Source: Candidatus Baldrarchaeum yapensis
Lineage (GTDB): Archaea; Asgardarchaeota; Baldrarchaeia; Baldrarchaeales; Baldrarchaeaceae
NCBI GenBank assembly: GCA_016840465.1
Contig: JAEOSH010000026.1
Span: forward strand, 1-25,575
Direction: 5' to 3'
DNA: 25,575 nucleotides
How positions within the stretch are numbered: position 1 is the first letter of the stretch; each line of letters opens with the position of its first letter. The notes below the pieces were generated by a model. That model had not been told where the DNA came from. It worked only from the letters and a program-made list of their open reading frames with translations, and searched no databases. Position numbers and translations under genes: made by a program. Of the stretch, positions 15,107 through 24,388 are shown piece after piece.

Positions 15107-16612
15107 TTACTCAAGTACTGAGGACAAATATTCGTCCAGAAGTTCTAAGACCTTAGGAAGATATTTAATGGGAATCGTTATAGCGCATGCAGCTTTATGT
15201 CCACCGCCATCAACTCTAGGGTCTATTTTTCTAAATATTTCTTTGAGTCCAGCGAAGAACTTTCCAACATTCAAGTTTTTCTCGGAAAGTTCAAGTGGGG
15301 CTCGAAAGCTTATCTTTACCATTCCCCTCATAGCCGGATCCGTGTGATATGCTGCAACCACATGCGGTATCCTCCTATTTTTCAATTCACGCTTCATGAG
15401 TTTTGTTGCGATAACTCCTGTCACCTTCTCATTTATCATGTTTGCAAAGTTGTAGAACACAAAGTTGTTATAATATTGCGGCTTTACAAAACCCGATCTT
15501 ACGGCTTCCAGAGCCTCTCTGATCAAAGATCTATACAATCGATAATTCTTCATGGCTTTTTCAACGGCAACTATGTCCCCCCAGAGGAGAGAGAACGCTG
15601 TTTCATAATCGCTTTGCCTAGTGCAACTATTAAGAAACGTCGCCAGTTCACGTGGGTCTAGGCTGAACTTTTCCAGTTCGGATCCTTTATATACTGTCAG
15701 TTCGTATACCTCATTTCTTAGGGATTCCACGTATTCCACGAACTCGTCTTCGTTGTTTACCGATGTTGCAAGGAACACCTCCAATTCTTCCAGTAATCTC
15801 TTCTTTTCTTCTTCTGAAAGGTCCTTTAATCTCCTCCAGTATCGATGTCCGTTTTCTTCCTCGTAAATTTTAAAACCTTTTGAAATAAGCCATGCAGCGC
15901 ACTTAGAGGGATCAGAAAGGGGTTCTGGCAACTTGGGACTATGGTGTGCTATTGCAACGGGTAGCGGTTTTGTATATCTGCCATATATTCCGATGTCCTC
16001 CCAGAAGTCAACTGCACCTATCTCTTTCGCGAATACTAGTACATCTCTGTTTAAACCGATAAGTCTGCCATATTTGACATTTTGGAGGTCGGCAACTGCG
16101 CCTAGGACTGCAAGAGCTGCTATCTTTCGCCCCCAAACGGTGTCCCAGAATTCCTTATCGAAAAGACTGTAAATTAGGAGAAAACATGTTACACTTCCGG
16201 AACACTCCGTCATATCATTTATTCCATGAAATATCGGGTTAAGGTGTCTCTCTGATACCCACACTTCAGGCTCATGATGATCTAAGATTACGTAGTTCGG
16301 AAACTCCCTTGCAATAACACTTTCATTTCCGGCCCCGAAATCGCAGAATACAGCTCTGTGGTAGCCTTCATTCATCTTCCTCCTTATTTTCTCAATTACT
16401 GGCTCTGACAAGTCGTGTATTATTAAAAAGTCGACATCACACCCCATTCTCCAGAGTCCCATGTACATGAGTGCGCCGCTTGATATTCCATCACCATCGG
16501 CATGACAAATCACCAGCGTTGGTACATTTTCTCGGAAATGCTCCCTCGCAATTTCTCGTGCTTGTTCAAGCATTCGCAAATGTCTCTGGTCATGTAACTT
16601 TAACTCTACCAT
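15107..16612 (-). CDS. recJ: Archaeal RecJ-like DHH/DHHA1 phosphoesterase (GAN/Cdc45-related family)
   Basis: ICHADGDGISS, FCDFG, ILDHHE, HLNP, LGAVADLQ, KISFR, DGGGHKAAC, plus the WRRLKDLSEEEK insertion typical of archaeal RecJ-type proteins. Confidence 0.85.
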   Translation of the reverse strand: MVELKLHDQRHLRMLEQAREIAREHFRENVPTLVICHADGDGISSGALMYMGLWRMGCDVDFLIIHDLSEPVIEKIRRKMNEGYHRAVFCDFGAGNESVIAREFPNYVILDHHEPEVWVSERHLNPIFHGINDMTECSGSVTCFLLIYSLFDKEFWDTVWGRKIAALAVLGAVADLQNVKYGRLIGLNRDVLVFAKEIGAVDFWEDIGIYGRYTKPLPVAIAHHSPKLPEPLSDPSKCAAWLISKGFKIYEEENGHRYWRRLKDLSEEEKKRLLEELEVFLATSVNNEDEFVEYVESLRNEVYELTVYKGSELEKFSLDPRELATFLNSCTRQSDYETAFSLLWGDIVAVEKAMKNYRLYRSLIREALEAVRSGFVKPQYYNNFVFYNFANMINEKVTGVIATKLMKRELKNRRIPHVVAAYHTDPAMRGMVKISFRAPLELSEKNLNVGKFFAGLKEIFRKIDPRVDGGGHKAACAITIPIKYLPKVLELLDEYLSSVLE

Positions 16613-16698
16613 ATGGTCTCCCGCATCCGTTCTGATGTTCTATCCCACGTTTTCGGTTTTATTAGTGATGGTATGACGAGTGATGATGGTCTTCGACA

Positions 16699-16908
16699 CT
16701 ATTCCTTTTTCTGAGAGAGCCACCATTCTAAATACTCACGACGCATGCGTTTTCTCTTCTCTTCTTCAGGAATTATTTCATCCATTGCTTTCTCTTTTAA
16801 TTCGTCCAACTCCTTCCTTGAAAGGGCCAAACCGCACCTTTTACATACGTAAAATCTAGATTCTCTGTCCCATCTCATATCTCCGCCGCATTCCGGGCAT
16901 ATGGGCAT
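16699..16908 (-). CDS. Small Zn-ribbon protein (CPxCG...CxxCG) with charged C-terminal helix ending EYLEWWL
   Basis: MPICPECGGDMRWDRESRFYVCKRCG. GGAGG RBS; 13 nt downstream of the radical SAM gene. Confidence 0.8.
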   Translation of the reverse strand: MPICPECGGDMRWDRESRFYVCKRCGLALSRKELDELKEKAMDEIIPEEEKRKRMRREYLEWWLSQKKE

Positions 16909-16921
16909 AGATGTCCCTCCG

Positions 16922-18004
16922 TTAGCGGATGTAGTTGATCAGCCGGTGTCGATCTCCTCGATACTCTCCCTTTATCGCTATTTTTGTGCCGCATTTTTTA
17001 CATTTCATGTCCTCTGTGAGATTCCATTCTGTTATGTCGAAACCCAATCGCTTGACCACGGGGTACCCGCACTCTGGACAGTAAGTATATTCTCCCTCAT
17101 GTCCTGGGACATTACCTATATACACGTAATGTAGCCCTATTTCCTTCATTGCTATTTCTCTAGCTTTAACCAGCGTACTAATGGGTGTAGGGCTCACATA
17201 TATCATTTTGTAGTGAGGATAGAATCTTGAGAAGTGGAGCGGCGTGTCTGGCCCCAGTTCTTCGAACACCCATCTGGCGAGTTGTCGTATTTCATCAAAA
17301 TTATCGTTATAGCCGGGTATTATCAGGTTTGTACATTCAACGTGAACTCCCTTCTCCTTCATATATTTTGTTGCTTCTAGTACGGGTTTAAATGAGGGAA
17401 CGCTACAGAGCTCCTTGTAAAATTTGTCAGAGAACGCCTTAATGTCGATATTTGCCGCGTCTATATATGGTACAAGTTCCTCCAGCGCTTCTAGCGTTAT
17501 ATAGCCGTTTGTTACGAGGATATTCTTAACACCTTCCTTATGAGCGAGTTTTGCGGTGTCATATACGAATTCAAACCATATTATTGGTTCATTGTACGTG
17601 TATGCTATGGTTTCACAGTCATACTTCTTTGCAAGAGCAACTATTTCCTCAGGAGAGTACTCCTCTATTCTTCCACGCGCTTCTTCTATTGTCACTTGAG
17701 ATATTGACCAATTTTGGCAGAACTTGCATGCAAAAGAGCAACCGACGGTTGATATCGAAAAGGCAAGAGCCCCAGGCCAGAAATTGTAGAGGGGCTTCTT
17801 CTCTATGGGATCTACGGCAAGTGCGGTTAATGAGCCATAAATTAGTGTATACAATTTCCCGTCCCTATTTTCTCTGGTTTTGCAGAAACCGCGACGACCG
17901 GGTGGAATTACACAGTGCCGAGGACAGAGATCGCATCTAATTTTATTTCCATCAAGTTTTTTGTGTGGGGCAAATGCCTCACGTATCATCATTGAAACCT
18001 TCAT
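16922..18004 (-). CDS. amrS: AmmeMemoRadiSam-system radical SAM enzyme
   Basis: N-terminal CDLCPRHC...GFCKTR, DPIEKKPLYNF, CSFACKFCQNWSIS (CxxxCxxC), AYTYNEP, LHFSRFYP, YVYIGNVPG, C-terminal CPEC...CKKC. Confidence 0.9.
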   Translation of the reverse strand: MKVSMMIREAFAPHKKLDGNKIRCDLCPRHCVIPPGRRGFCKTRENRDGKLYTLIYGSLTALAVDPIEKKPLYNFWPGALAFSISTVGCSFACKFCQNWSISQVTIEEARGRIEEYSPEEIVALAKKYDCETIAYTYNEPIIWFEFVYDTAKLAHKEGVKNILVTNGYITLEALEELVPYIDAANIDIKAFSDKFYKELCSVPSFKPVLEATKYMKEKGVHVECTNLIIPGYNDNFDEIRQLARWVFEELGPDTPLHFSRFYPHYKMIYVSPTPISTLVKAREIAMKEIGLHYVYIGNVPGHEGEYTYCPECGYPVVKRLGFDITEWNLTEDMKCKKCGTKIAIKGEYRGDRHRLINYIR

Positions 18005-18084
18005 GCGTTTTTATGAAAGTTGAGCACAGTATGGAAAAAATTTTTCTATAAAGTGTCGTTGGTGATCTTGCGGCATTTGCCGTT

Positions 18085-19317
18085 TTAGAGATCTTCGCTG
18101 TGCACTCTGAACAGATCTATGTCTCCCGGTTCCTTTGGTACCTGTGTTGCTAACTGGAATAGGAACTCGCGTGTTGATCTCTCAACGTCACGACTTTGGG
18201 TTATGTATCTGCCGACTATCAAAATATCTGCTCCCATTGCGAGGGCTTCTGGAACCTTCTCCGGTACTATACCTCCTGCGACTGCAATTAGTATTTTATG
18301 CCCCTTGAATTTCTCCTTTATCTCTCTTATCCATCCCCACCGAAGATCTTCCTTTGTTTCAACATCTATTGCCCTATGTAGGATCACAACATCTGGAAGT
18401 TCATCCAGCGTTTCCAGTTTTGCGACCGGGTCGTTGACGTACATCATATCGACAAATGCATATATTCCTAGCCTGCGGGCCTCGTAGATGAACTTATTTA
18501 GAGAATCGGAGTCTGCGAGTCCGCTAGCTATCACACCATCCGCGGTTTCCTCATATGCTATGTCTACTTCGACCTTGCTTACGTCTAAAGTCTTGAGGTC
18601 AGCGACTATGAATGCATCACTTGCAACGCTACGTATTTGCCTGATTACTTGCGCGCCGTACCTCTTAATAAGTGGCGTTCCGGCTTCAAGGATTATTCTA
18701 TCGCTTTTAGGTAATTGTTTGACGATTTCCAGAGTCTTATTGATATTTGGGATATCCAGTGCTATCTGGAGGTATGGTGGGCGCCAGAGTCTGTTTGCTA
18801 TACGGAATCCTATATGAGGATGTACTGCTCTGTCCTTATCGTACATCAATTTGTCTATTGACGGGTAATTCATCAGTGCACGTCTTATTGCAAGTTTTGT
18901 CGCACTATAGTTATAGTTATAAAGCTTTCTGATATCTTTAGCTTTTGGACTGACAAAAACACTTGCAATTATTACCCAGTCATCTATCTTCTCTATCGGA
19001 ATTATTCCATCTTCTACCGCATCTGCTACTGCTTTCGCAACTGCAGCCTGTACCGGACCGAATACTATATTCGCTTGATCCAAGTTCTTGATCGTAACTT
19101 TAGGAACTATAAGTGTCCATGGCTTTGCTGGCAGATTTGGACGTATTACTGCGAGGAGCGGTGTATGTCCCATTTTGGGGTTTGCAAACGCCTCGGAGAA
19201 CGCCTTTCCGACGGGGCCGTCCTTATCACCTATTATTACTTCCACATGAGCGATCTCATCTCCCTTACCAACGCACGCCTCTCCTATCAGGAAGGTTTTC
19301 TTAGCAGAATTCTCCAT
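18085..19317 (-). CDS. fae-hps: Bifunctional formaldehyde-activating enzyme (H4MPT hydro-lyase) / 3-hexulose-6-phosphate synthase
   Basis: Fae domain [52 protein letters not shown]; Hps domain [35 protein letters not shown]. Confidence 0.93.
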   Translation of the reverse strand: MENSAKKTFLIGEACVGKGDEIAHVEVIIGDKDGPVGKAFSEAFANPKMGHTPLLAVIRPNLPAKPWTLIVPKVTIKNLDQANIVFGPVQAAVAKAVADAVEDGIIPIEKIDDWVIIASVFVSPKAKDIRKLYNYNYSATKLAIRRALMNYPSIDKLMYDKDRAVHPHIGFRIANRLWRPPYLQIALDIPNINKTLEIVKQLPKSDRIILEAGTPLIKRYGAQVIRQIRSVASDAFIVADLKTLDVSKVEVDIAYEETADGVIASGLADSDSLNKFIYEARRLGIYAFVDMMYVNDPVAKLETLDELPDVVILHRAIDVETKEDLRWGWIREIKEKFKGHKILIAVAGGIVPEKVPEALAMGADILIVGRYITQSRDVERSTREFLFQLATQVPKEPGDIDLFRVHSEDL

Positions 19318-19486
19318 GGAGATGATCCTCCGTCTTCACAACCCGGTCTCCAACTTTAGAGTTTGCATGCACATCTTTAAACTTACTTATTTTACCTCTT
19401 TGTAAAGTAAGATAGATCCTTTAAGGTTAGAGTATAGCCGTGGGTATTATCGAGAGATCTTCAACACAGGACTAGCGGTGAGATTC

Positions 19487-20533
19487 GTGGAAAAGTTACT
19501 AATACTGCTATCCGGAGAACATGAGACATTGCCAGTTGCGGAAATAAAGGCAATTGCAGAGGGAGAAAATCTAAGGATAAGAGACATTAGGGTACTGGAC
19601 CAGGTCTGTATACTGACAGGAGATGATGGACTGGGAGATGCTATTGCGAGAAGGGCGGCGTATGTGAAAACGATATGTAAATATCTTTTTTCATGCAACA
19701 CTAATCTGCACGAAATATATGATTCTGTGAAAAGTTTGAATTTTTCTGAGATATTTTGCGAAAAATCCAGTTTTGCCGTTAGAATTCATAGAATAAAGAA
19801 TTATAGTCCAGACATCAGCGCATATGAACTCCAGAGACGAATTGGGGCAATAATATTAGAGGCTTTTGGAAAAAGAGGAATAATGGTGAACTTAAGATCC
19901 CCTGATGTTATATTTATTGGATTTTTGACTGCTGGTAGGTTCGTGTTTGGAATTGTTGAAAAGGTAATTGAGAGGATATCGTTTAAGCGGCGTGCTCCTC
20001 AATTTCGGCCGTACGCGCATCCGAGCTCCATGAATCCTTTTTTGTCCAGATGTATGGTTAATCTATCGCGTGCAACATCCGGTGACGTTTTTTATGATCC
20101 TTTTTGTGGGGTTGGAGGGTTTTTGATAGAGGCAGCGTTAATAGGATGTAGAGTATTAGGATCAGATATCGATCCGAAAATGGTTTTAGGCTCGAGAAAG
20201 AATCTAGAGTTCTATGATTTGCCATATTTAGACGTATTCCTATGTGATGCAAGGTCATTTTCTACAATAGGAAGAGTTGACGCCATAGCAACTGATCCGC
20301 CATACGGAGCCGCATCATCAACGAAGGGAGAGGACCCGGAGAAGTTGACGCGTATGTTTCTTGAAAATTCCGAAAGTGTCATCAAAAGGGGAGGGTATGT
20401 TGTTGTTGCAACTCCTCATAAATTCGATATTGGAGGGCTTTTGAAATCCACGAATCTTAAGCTTTTAGAAATTCATTCAGTAAAGGTACATCAAAACTTG
20501 ACGAGAAGGATTCTGGTATTAAAGAGGGATTGA
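19487..20533 (+). CDS. trm11: tRNA (guanine-10, N2)-methyltransferase, THUMP + Rossmann MTase (Trm11/TrmG10 family)
   Basis: LSGEHETLPVAE, THUMP SFAVRI...VNLRSPD, HPSSMNP, DPFCGVGG, GSDID, ATDPPYG. The ORF track starts at 19478; GTG 19487 is preferred (GGTGA at 19477-19481). Confidence 0.85.
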   Translation: MEKLLILLSGEHETLPVAEIKAIAEGENLRIRDIRVLDQVCILTGDDGLGDAIARRAAYVKTICKYLFSCNTNLHEIYDSVKSLNFSEIFCEKSSFAVRIHRIKNYSPDISAYELQRRIGAIILEAFGKRGIMVNLRSPDVIFIGFLTAGRFVFGIVEKVIERISFKRRAPQFRPYAHPSSMNPFLSRCMVNLSRATSGDVFYDPFCGVGGFLIEAALIGCRVLGSDIDPKMVLGSRKNLEFYDLPYLDVFLCDARSFSTIGRVDAIATDPPYGAASSTKGEDPEKLTRMFLENSESVIKRGGYVVVATPHKFDIGGLLKSTNLKLLEIHSVKVHQNLTRRILVLKRD

Positions 20534-20535
20534 AC

Positions 20536-21447
20536 ATGTACATTGTGTTTCTCGGCACATCTGGTACTATGCCTACGAAGACACGTAATGCTCCAGCAAT
20601 TGCGCTTAAGTACGATGGAGAATTGATGTTATTCGATTGCGGTGAAGGAACACAGAGGCAGTTACTTAAGGCAGGACTAGGGCTTGGTGTTTCGAAGATC
20701 TTCATTACGCACATTCATGGAGATCACGTACTTGGAGTTCCTGGGCTTCTGCAGACGTTTTCTGTTCTTTGTAGAGAGAAACCCCTTGAAATCTACGGGC
20801 CACCGGGGATCCGACACTTTTTAGAGTTAGTAGTGGACGCTCTCCGGATGGAGTTATGTTATGATCTGCACGTCTATGAGGTCAAAAGTGGGACAATTTT
20901 GGAGACTAAAAGGTACAAGGTTGTATGCGTTCCCGTAGAGCATAACATTGAGGCCCTAGCATACGCATTCATTGAAAAGGATCGACCTGGGAAGTTCCAT
21001 CCCGATCGTGCGCTGAAGCTGGGGGTGCCGCGTGGTCCCCTTTGGAAGAAGCTCCAGGAGGGTGTTCCCGTAACATTGCCTGATGGGAGAACCATTCGGC
21101 CCGAAGAGGTTGTGGGACCGCCAAGGCCGGGCAGGAAGATTGTTTATAGTGGGGATACGAGGCCGTGTGATAGTGTAATAAAATTGGCCCAGAACGCAGA
21201 TGTACTTATCCATGAGGGAACATTTAGCAGTAAATTGAAGGATTTAGCGCATGAAAGTGGGCATTCCACGGTAGAGGACGCTGCCAAAATAGCTAAGGAG
21301 GCAAATGTTAAAAAACTTGTAGTAGTTCATATAAGTCCTCGTCACCAAGGAGAGGACATACGGATTTTGGAGGAAGAATGTAGGAGTGTTTTTAAGAATA
21401 GCATAATAGCGTACGATTTGTTCACATTAGAGGTAACTTATCCGTGA
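20536..21447 (+). CDS. rnz: Ribonuclease Z (tRNA 3' processing)
   Basis: FLGTSGTMPT, FDCGEGTQRQ, THIHGDHVLG, exosite GVPRGPLWKKLQ, YSGDT, HEGTF, GHST, HISPR. ATG 20536 preferred over TTG 20530. Confidence 0.96.
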   Translation: MYIVFLGTSGTMPTKTRNAPAIALKYDGELMLFDCGEGTQRQLLKAGLGLGVSKIFITHIHGDHVLGVPGLLQTFSVLCREKPLEIYGPPGIRHFLELVVDALRMELCYDLHVYEVKSGTILETKRYKVVCVPVEHNIEALAYAFIEKDRPGKFHPDRALKLGVPRGPLWKKLQEGVPVTLPDGRTIRPEEVVGPPRPGRKIVYSGDTRPCDSVIKLAQNADVLIHEGTFSSKLKDLAHESGHSTVEDAAKIAKEANVKKLVVVHISPRHQGEDIRILEEECRSVFKNSIIAYDLFTLEVTYP

Positions 21448-21878
21448 AATTCCCTTTCAAACAATGGTTTTCCGTGTCTTGTAGGGGGTGCAAGCCAGTC
21501 TATTAGTTCGGCTATTTTTTCTGCGCTATCAGATACTATTTCGACCGTTATGGGGCCTAAGGGAGGGTTTTCCTCTGGTTCACAGAAATTGACTTTGCCC
21601 ATGAAAGCCACCTGTTTGTTTATATGAAAGACTATTATGTTTTCAATGGCCTTACGTTTGAAGATCGACCGTGCGGTATCGAGTATTCTTTGCTCTCTAA
21701 GTTTCCTATGTAGTTCTCTCAACGCGTCAACTCCCTCCGCTAAGCCTACCATTCGTCTTCTTATTCCTTCCCCTTCAATTGTTATGTTCACTGTTGGAAA
21801 AATATTTCTAATCGCAAGCTCTACTTTTTTAGGATCCTCTGTTGGGTTCAGAGGTGTTTCAACTCTTAGTTTTATCAT
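21438..21878 (-). CDS. UPF0201/DUF54 family putative RNA-binding protein (COG1931)
   Basis: VETPLNPTEDPKKVELAIRNIFP, LREQRILDTARS, NKQVAFMGKVNFC, LGPITV, LIDWLAP. Confidence 0.85.
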   Translation of the reverse strand: MIKLRVETPLNPTEDPKKVELAIRNIFPTVNITIEGEGIRRRMVGLAEGVDALRELHRKLREQRILDTARSIFKRKAIENIIVFHINKQVAFMGKVNFCEPEENPPLGPITVEIVSDSAEKIAELIDWLAPPTRHGKPLFEREFHG

Positions 21879-22531
21879 GGATGTGACCCCTCGGCTATGG
21901 AGAATATCTTCTTTAGAACTTCATGCGATGCGGTTTCAAACTCCTTTTTCGTTCCGTTGTTTCTTATTATAAAGAACCTTTGGGGGTTCTTAAGGTACCT
22001 TCTTGCGGCCATTAATGTCCTCTTATACTTCTCCTCTTCCCACACATCATCTTTTTTGAACTTCTCTAGGTCTATGAGATCCTTTTTGCCCTCAAACCTC
22101 TTCATAACACGCTTTGCTCTTACGTTGAAATCTGCCTCTATTGCAACTAGGAAGAAGGCGCTACCGAACTTTTGCGCGAAGTATGCAACTTCCCCATAAT
22201 CACGTACGCCGTCTATGAAGATCACATCAACGGGTTGTTCGTTCCTTACGGATTCTTCTATTAGGCGATGTGTCAATATTGCAACTGCGGTGTTTCCCAG
22301 TTCTGTACGTGCGATATCTCCGATTTTCTGCATGGCTTCTCGAGTTGCATCCTCGTACTTTTCGATATTAAAGAGTTCCTTAAACTTCGAGCGGTAATAA
22401 TGAAAGAGAGCATAACTCATTTTAAAGCATTTTGAGGATAGGCCGTGCTTGCTTAGGAATCTCTCACAGAACTTTATGAAAGTGCTTTTGCCTGCAGCAG
22501 GAAGGCCACATACCCCAATTACGAGTTTCAT
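21875..22531 (-). CDS. P-loop nucleoside-monophosphate-kinase-like protein (dephospho-CoA-kinase-like, UPF0200/COG0237)
   Basis: IGVCGLPAAGKST, FIDGVRD..EV, IEADFNVRAKRV, IIRNNGT. Overlaps the DUF54 gene by 4 nt. Confidence 0.75.
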   Translation of the reverse strand: MKLVIGVCGLPAAGKSTFIKFCERFLSKHGLSSKCFKMSYALFHYYRSKFKELFNIEKYEDATREAMQKIGDIARTELGNTAVAILTHRLIEESVRNEQPVDVIFIDGVRDYGEVAYFAQKFGSAFFLVAIEADFNVRAKRVMKRFEGKKDLIDLEKFKKDDVWEEEKYKRTLMAARRYLKNPQRFFIIRNNGTKKEFETASHEVLKKIFSIAEGSHP

Positions 22532-22543
22532 GTCTCTTCCCGC

Positions 22544-23689
22544 TTATACGAACATCAGGGTCGGCGGTTGGTTACGTATAGTGCTTTTTGCGCGTTCAAC
22601 TGCTTTTTGCAGATGTTCATCTCTGACCTCTTTTGCATCTTCCAGAATAGCAAAGTGCAGTGCCGTTTTCAGGACTTTTTCTTTCAAATCACGTCCAGAG
22701 AAACCTTCCGTTTCTTTAGCTATCTTCATCAGGTCGCCTACTACTGGCAATGGCATCTTAGCAGCGTACATTTTCAGTATTTCATATCGTTCCTGTAGGG
22801 TTGGCAACGGGAACAGTATTTCTTCCTCAAATCGGCTACGTAATGCACGATCAAGTAGCAGTGGAGCGTTTGTTGCCATAATGGTGACTACTCCCGTATT
22901 AGGACTTAGTCCATCGAGTTCTGAAAGCAGGGCGTTGACAACCTCCGAAACATCACCTCTTATTGATTGATACTTTCTATCCAGGCCTATGGCATCAAGT
23001 TCGTCTATGAAGATAACACTTGGAGCGGAACGTCTAGCTTCATTGAATAATTGATGTATTCGTTTTGCGCCGTCTCCGACATGAGTTCCTATTAGATCGG
23101 TGGCTCTAGTCAGAAATATCGGACAATCCGCTTCGGAGGCGAGAGCCTTCGCCATCATGGTTTTTCCAGTTCCGGGTGGACCGTAGAAGAGGATGTTTCT
23201 AGGGGCCCATTCTCCGAAGAGTTTGGGGTTTTTTAGATATTTCAGGACAATCTTGCACTTCGATTTTGCATGTTCATGACCGACGATATCCGAGAATTTA
23301 ACCTTCGGAAATTCTTTTTTAAAGGGAGTGCTTAATGGGCTTTCAAGCTTGAAAATCGTCTTACTTGTAACCCTTCCGGTTCTGGGCCTAGCTTTAACGA
23401 CCTCAAACGCGAAATCGGGAAACATGAGTTGGTCAAACAGGAAGTCGCCCTCGGTTACGCGGAAGCCCATCCACTGGTCTCTTGCATATGCTTGGAATAG
23501 CTTCATATTATCGGTTGTCACCATTATTGGTCTATCATCTCCCAATGCTCTCAATGGGTATCCGACAGGCCTTAATACAACTAGCTTAAGTGGTGGGAGA
23601 TTTGCTCGCGATGAGTGTTGGCTTTTCTCCTTCTCAGAATCTTCCTCCGGCTTCAATGGTTGCGCAATTCTGCCTCCTTTACGCCCCAC
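22544..23689 (-). CDS. Archaeal AAA+ ATPase (COG1223-type)
   Basis: LVVLRPVGYP, YARDQW, LFDQLMFPDFAFEV, VGHEHAK, GPPGTGKT, IFIDELDA, ATN, LDRALRSRFEEE, GFSGRDLKE. GAGGTG RBS. Confidence 0.88.
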   Translation of the reverse strand: MGRKGGRIAQPLKPEEDSEKEKSQHSSRANLPPLKLVVLRPVGYPLRALGDDRPIMVTTDNMKLFQAYARDQWMGFRVTEGDFLFDQLMFPDFAFEVVKARPRTGRVTSKTIFKLESPLSTPFKKEFPKVKFSDIVGHEHAKSKCKIVLKYLKNPKLFGEWAPRNILFYGPPGTGKTMMAKALASEADCPIFLTRATDLIGTHVGDGAKRIHQLFNEARRSAPSVIFIDELDAIGLDRKYQSIRGDVSEVVNALLSELDGLSPNTGVVTIMATNAPLLLDRALRSRFEEEILFPLPTLQERYEILKMYAAKMPLPVVGDLMKIAKETEGFSGRDLKEKVLKTALHFAILEDAKEVRDEHLQKAVERAKSTIRNQPPTLMFV

Positions 23690-23821
23690 TGTACCACCTC
23701 AGCGTCGAAAAGTCCATTCTCTCTTTAAAATAAAAATCAATTTAAACCTATTTTTGCATGTGGATATTGTGGTTTATCTTTAATTTTCTTGGGTCAGAGG
23801 ATATAGCTTGAGGTGGCCGCA

Positions 23822-24388
23822 GTGGAGAAGGTGAGAAGCTTTATTTCAATAGATATCGAGGACCCGGAGATCATCAATAAAATCGTACATATTCAGAGGG
23901 AGATTGAGGGGTTACGCGTTGCAACAGTTAAGTATGTTGAGCCGGAAAATCTTCATTACACCTTGTGGTTCTTAGGTGAGATTCCTGCTTCGTTGATAGA
24001 GGATGTATATAGGGTTATGAGGGACATTAAAAGTAAGCCGTTTAAATTGGAATTGAGAGGTGTCGGCGCGTTCCCGAGTATTTCACGCCCTAGAGTTATC
24101 TGGATCGGTGCGGGAAAAGGTAGCGATGCCATGATTAACATATATAGGCAACTCGAGGGCGGATTGCGCGGGCTTGGATTCAAACCTGACAAGAGAGGGT
24201 TTACTCCCCACCTTACAATTGGGAGGGTCAAGAGCATATCGAATGCGCCCCTCTTGCATAAGAAGTTGATGGAGTTGTCGGATGTTGAGATCGGAGAAGT
24301 TCTTGTTGACCGCATTAGGCTGAAGAAGAGCACTCTAACTCCAAAGGGACCCATATATACTACTTTAAAGGAGGTGAGGTTCTCTTAA
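23822..24388 (+). CDS. thpR: RNA 2',3'-cyclic phosphodiesterase (2H phosphoesterase, LigT/ThpR)
   Basis: RSFISID, NLHYTLWFLG and FTPHLTIGR (two HxT motifs), GAFP..SRPRVIW, LKKSTLTPKGPIY. The ORF track starts at 23813; GTG 23822 is preferred (GAGGTGG RBS). Confidence 0.93.
   Translation: MEKVRSFISIDIEDPEIINKIVHIQREIEGLRVATVKYVEPENLHYTLWFLGEIPASLIEDVYRVMRDIKSKPFKLELRGVGAFPSISRPRVIWIGAGKGSDAMINIYRQLEGGLRGLGFKPDKRGFTPHLTIGRVKSISNAPLLHKKLMELSDVEIGEVLVDRIRLKKSTLTPKGPIYTTLKEVRFS

Noticed and set aside
16664-16714. C-box GTGATGA (16680-16686) and CTGA (16711-16714), possible C/D-box sRNA
   Set aside because: No convincing D'/C' pair, the D box falls inside the antisense Zn-ribbon CDS, and no rRNA/tRNA target was recognised. 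Not excluded without a snoRNA search.
18070-18083. Short hairpin CGGC-ATTT-GCCG right after the fae-hps stop codon
   Set aside because: The stem is only 4-5 bp and the T-tract is not adjacent; too weak to call a terminator.
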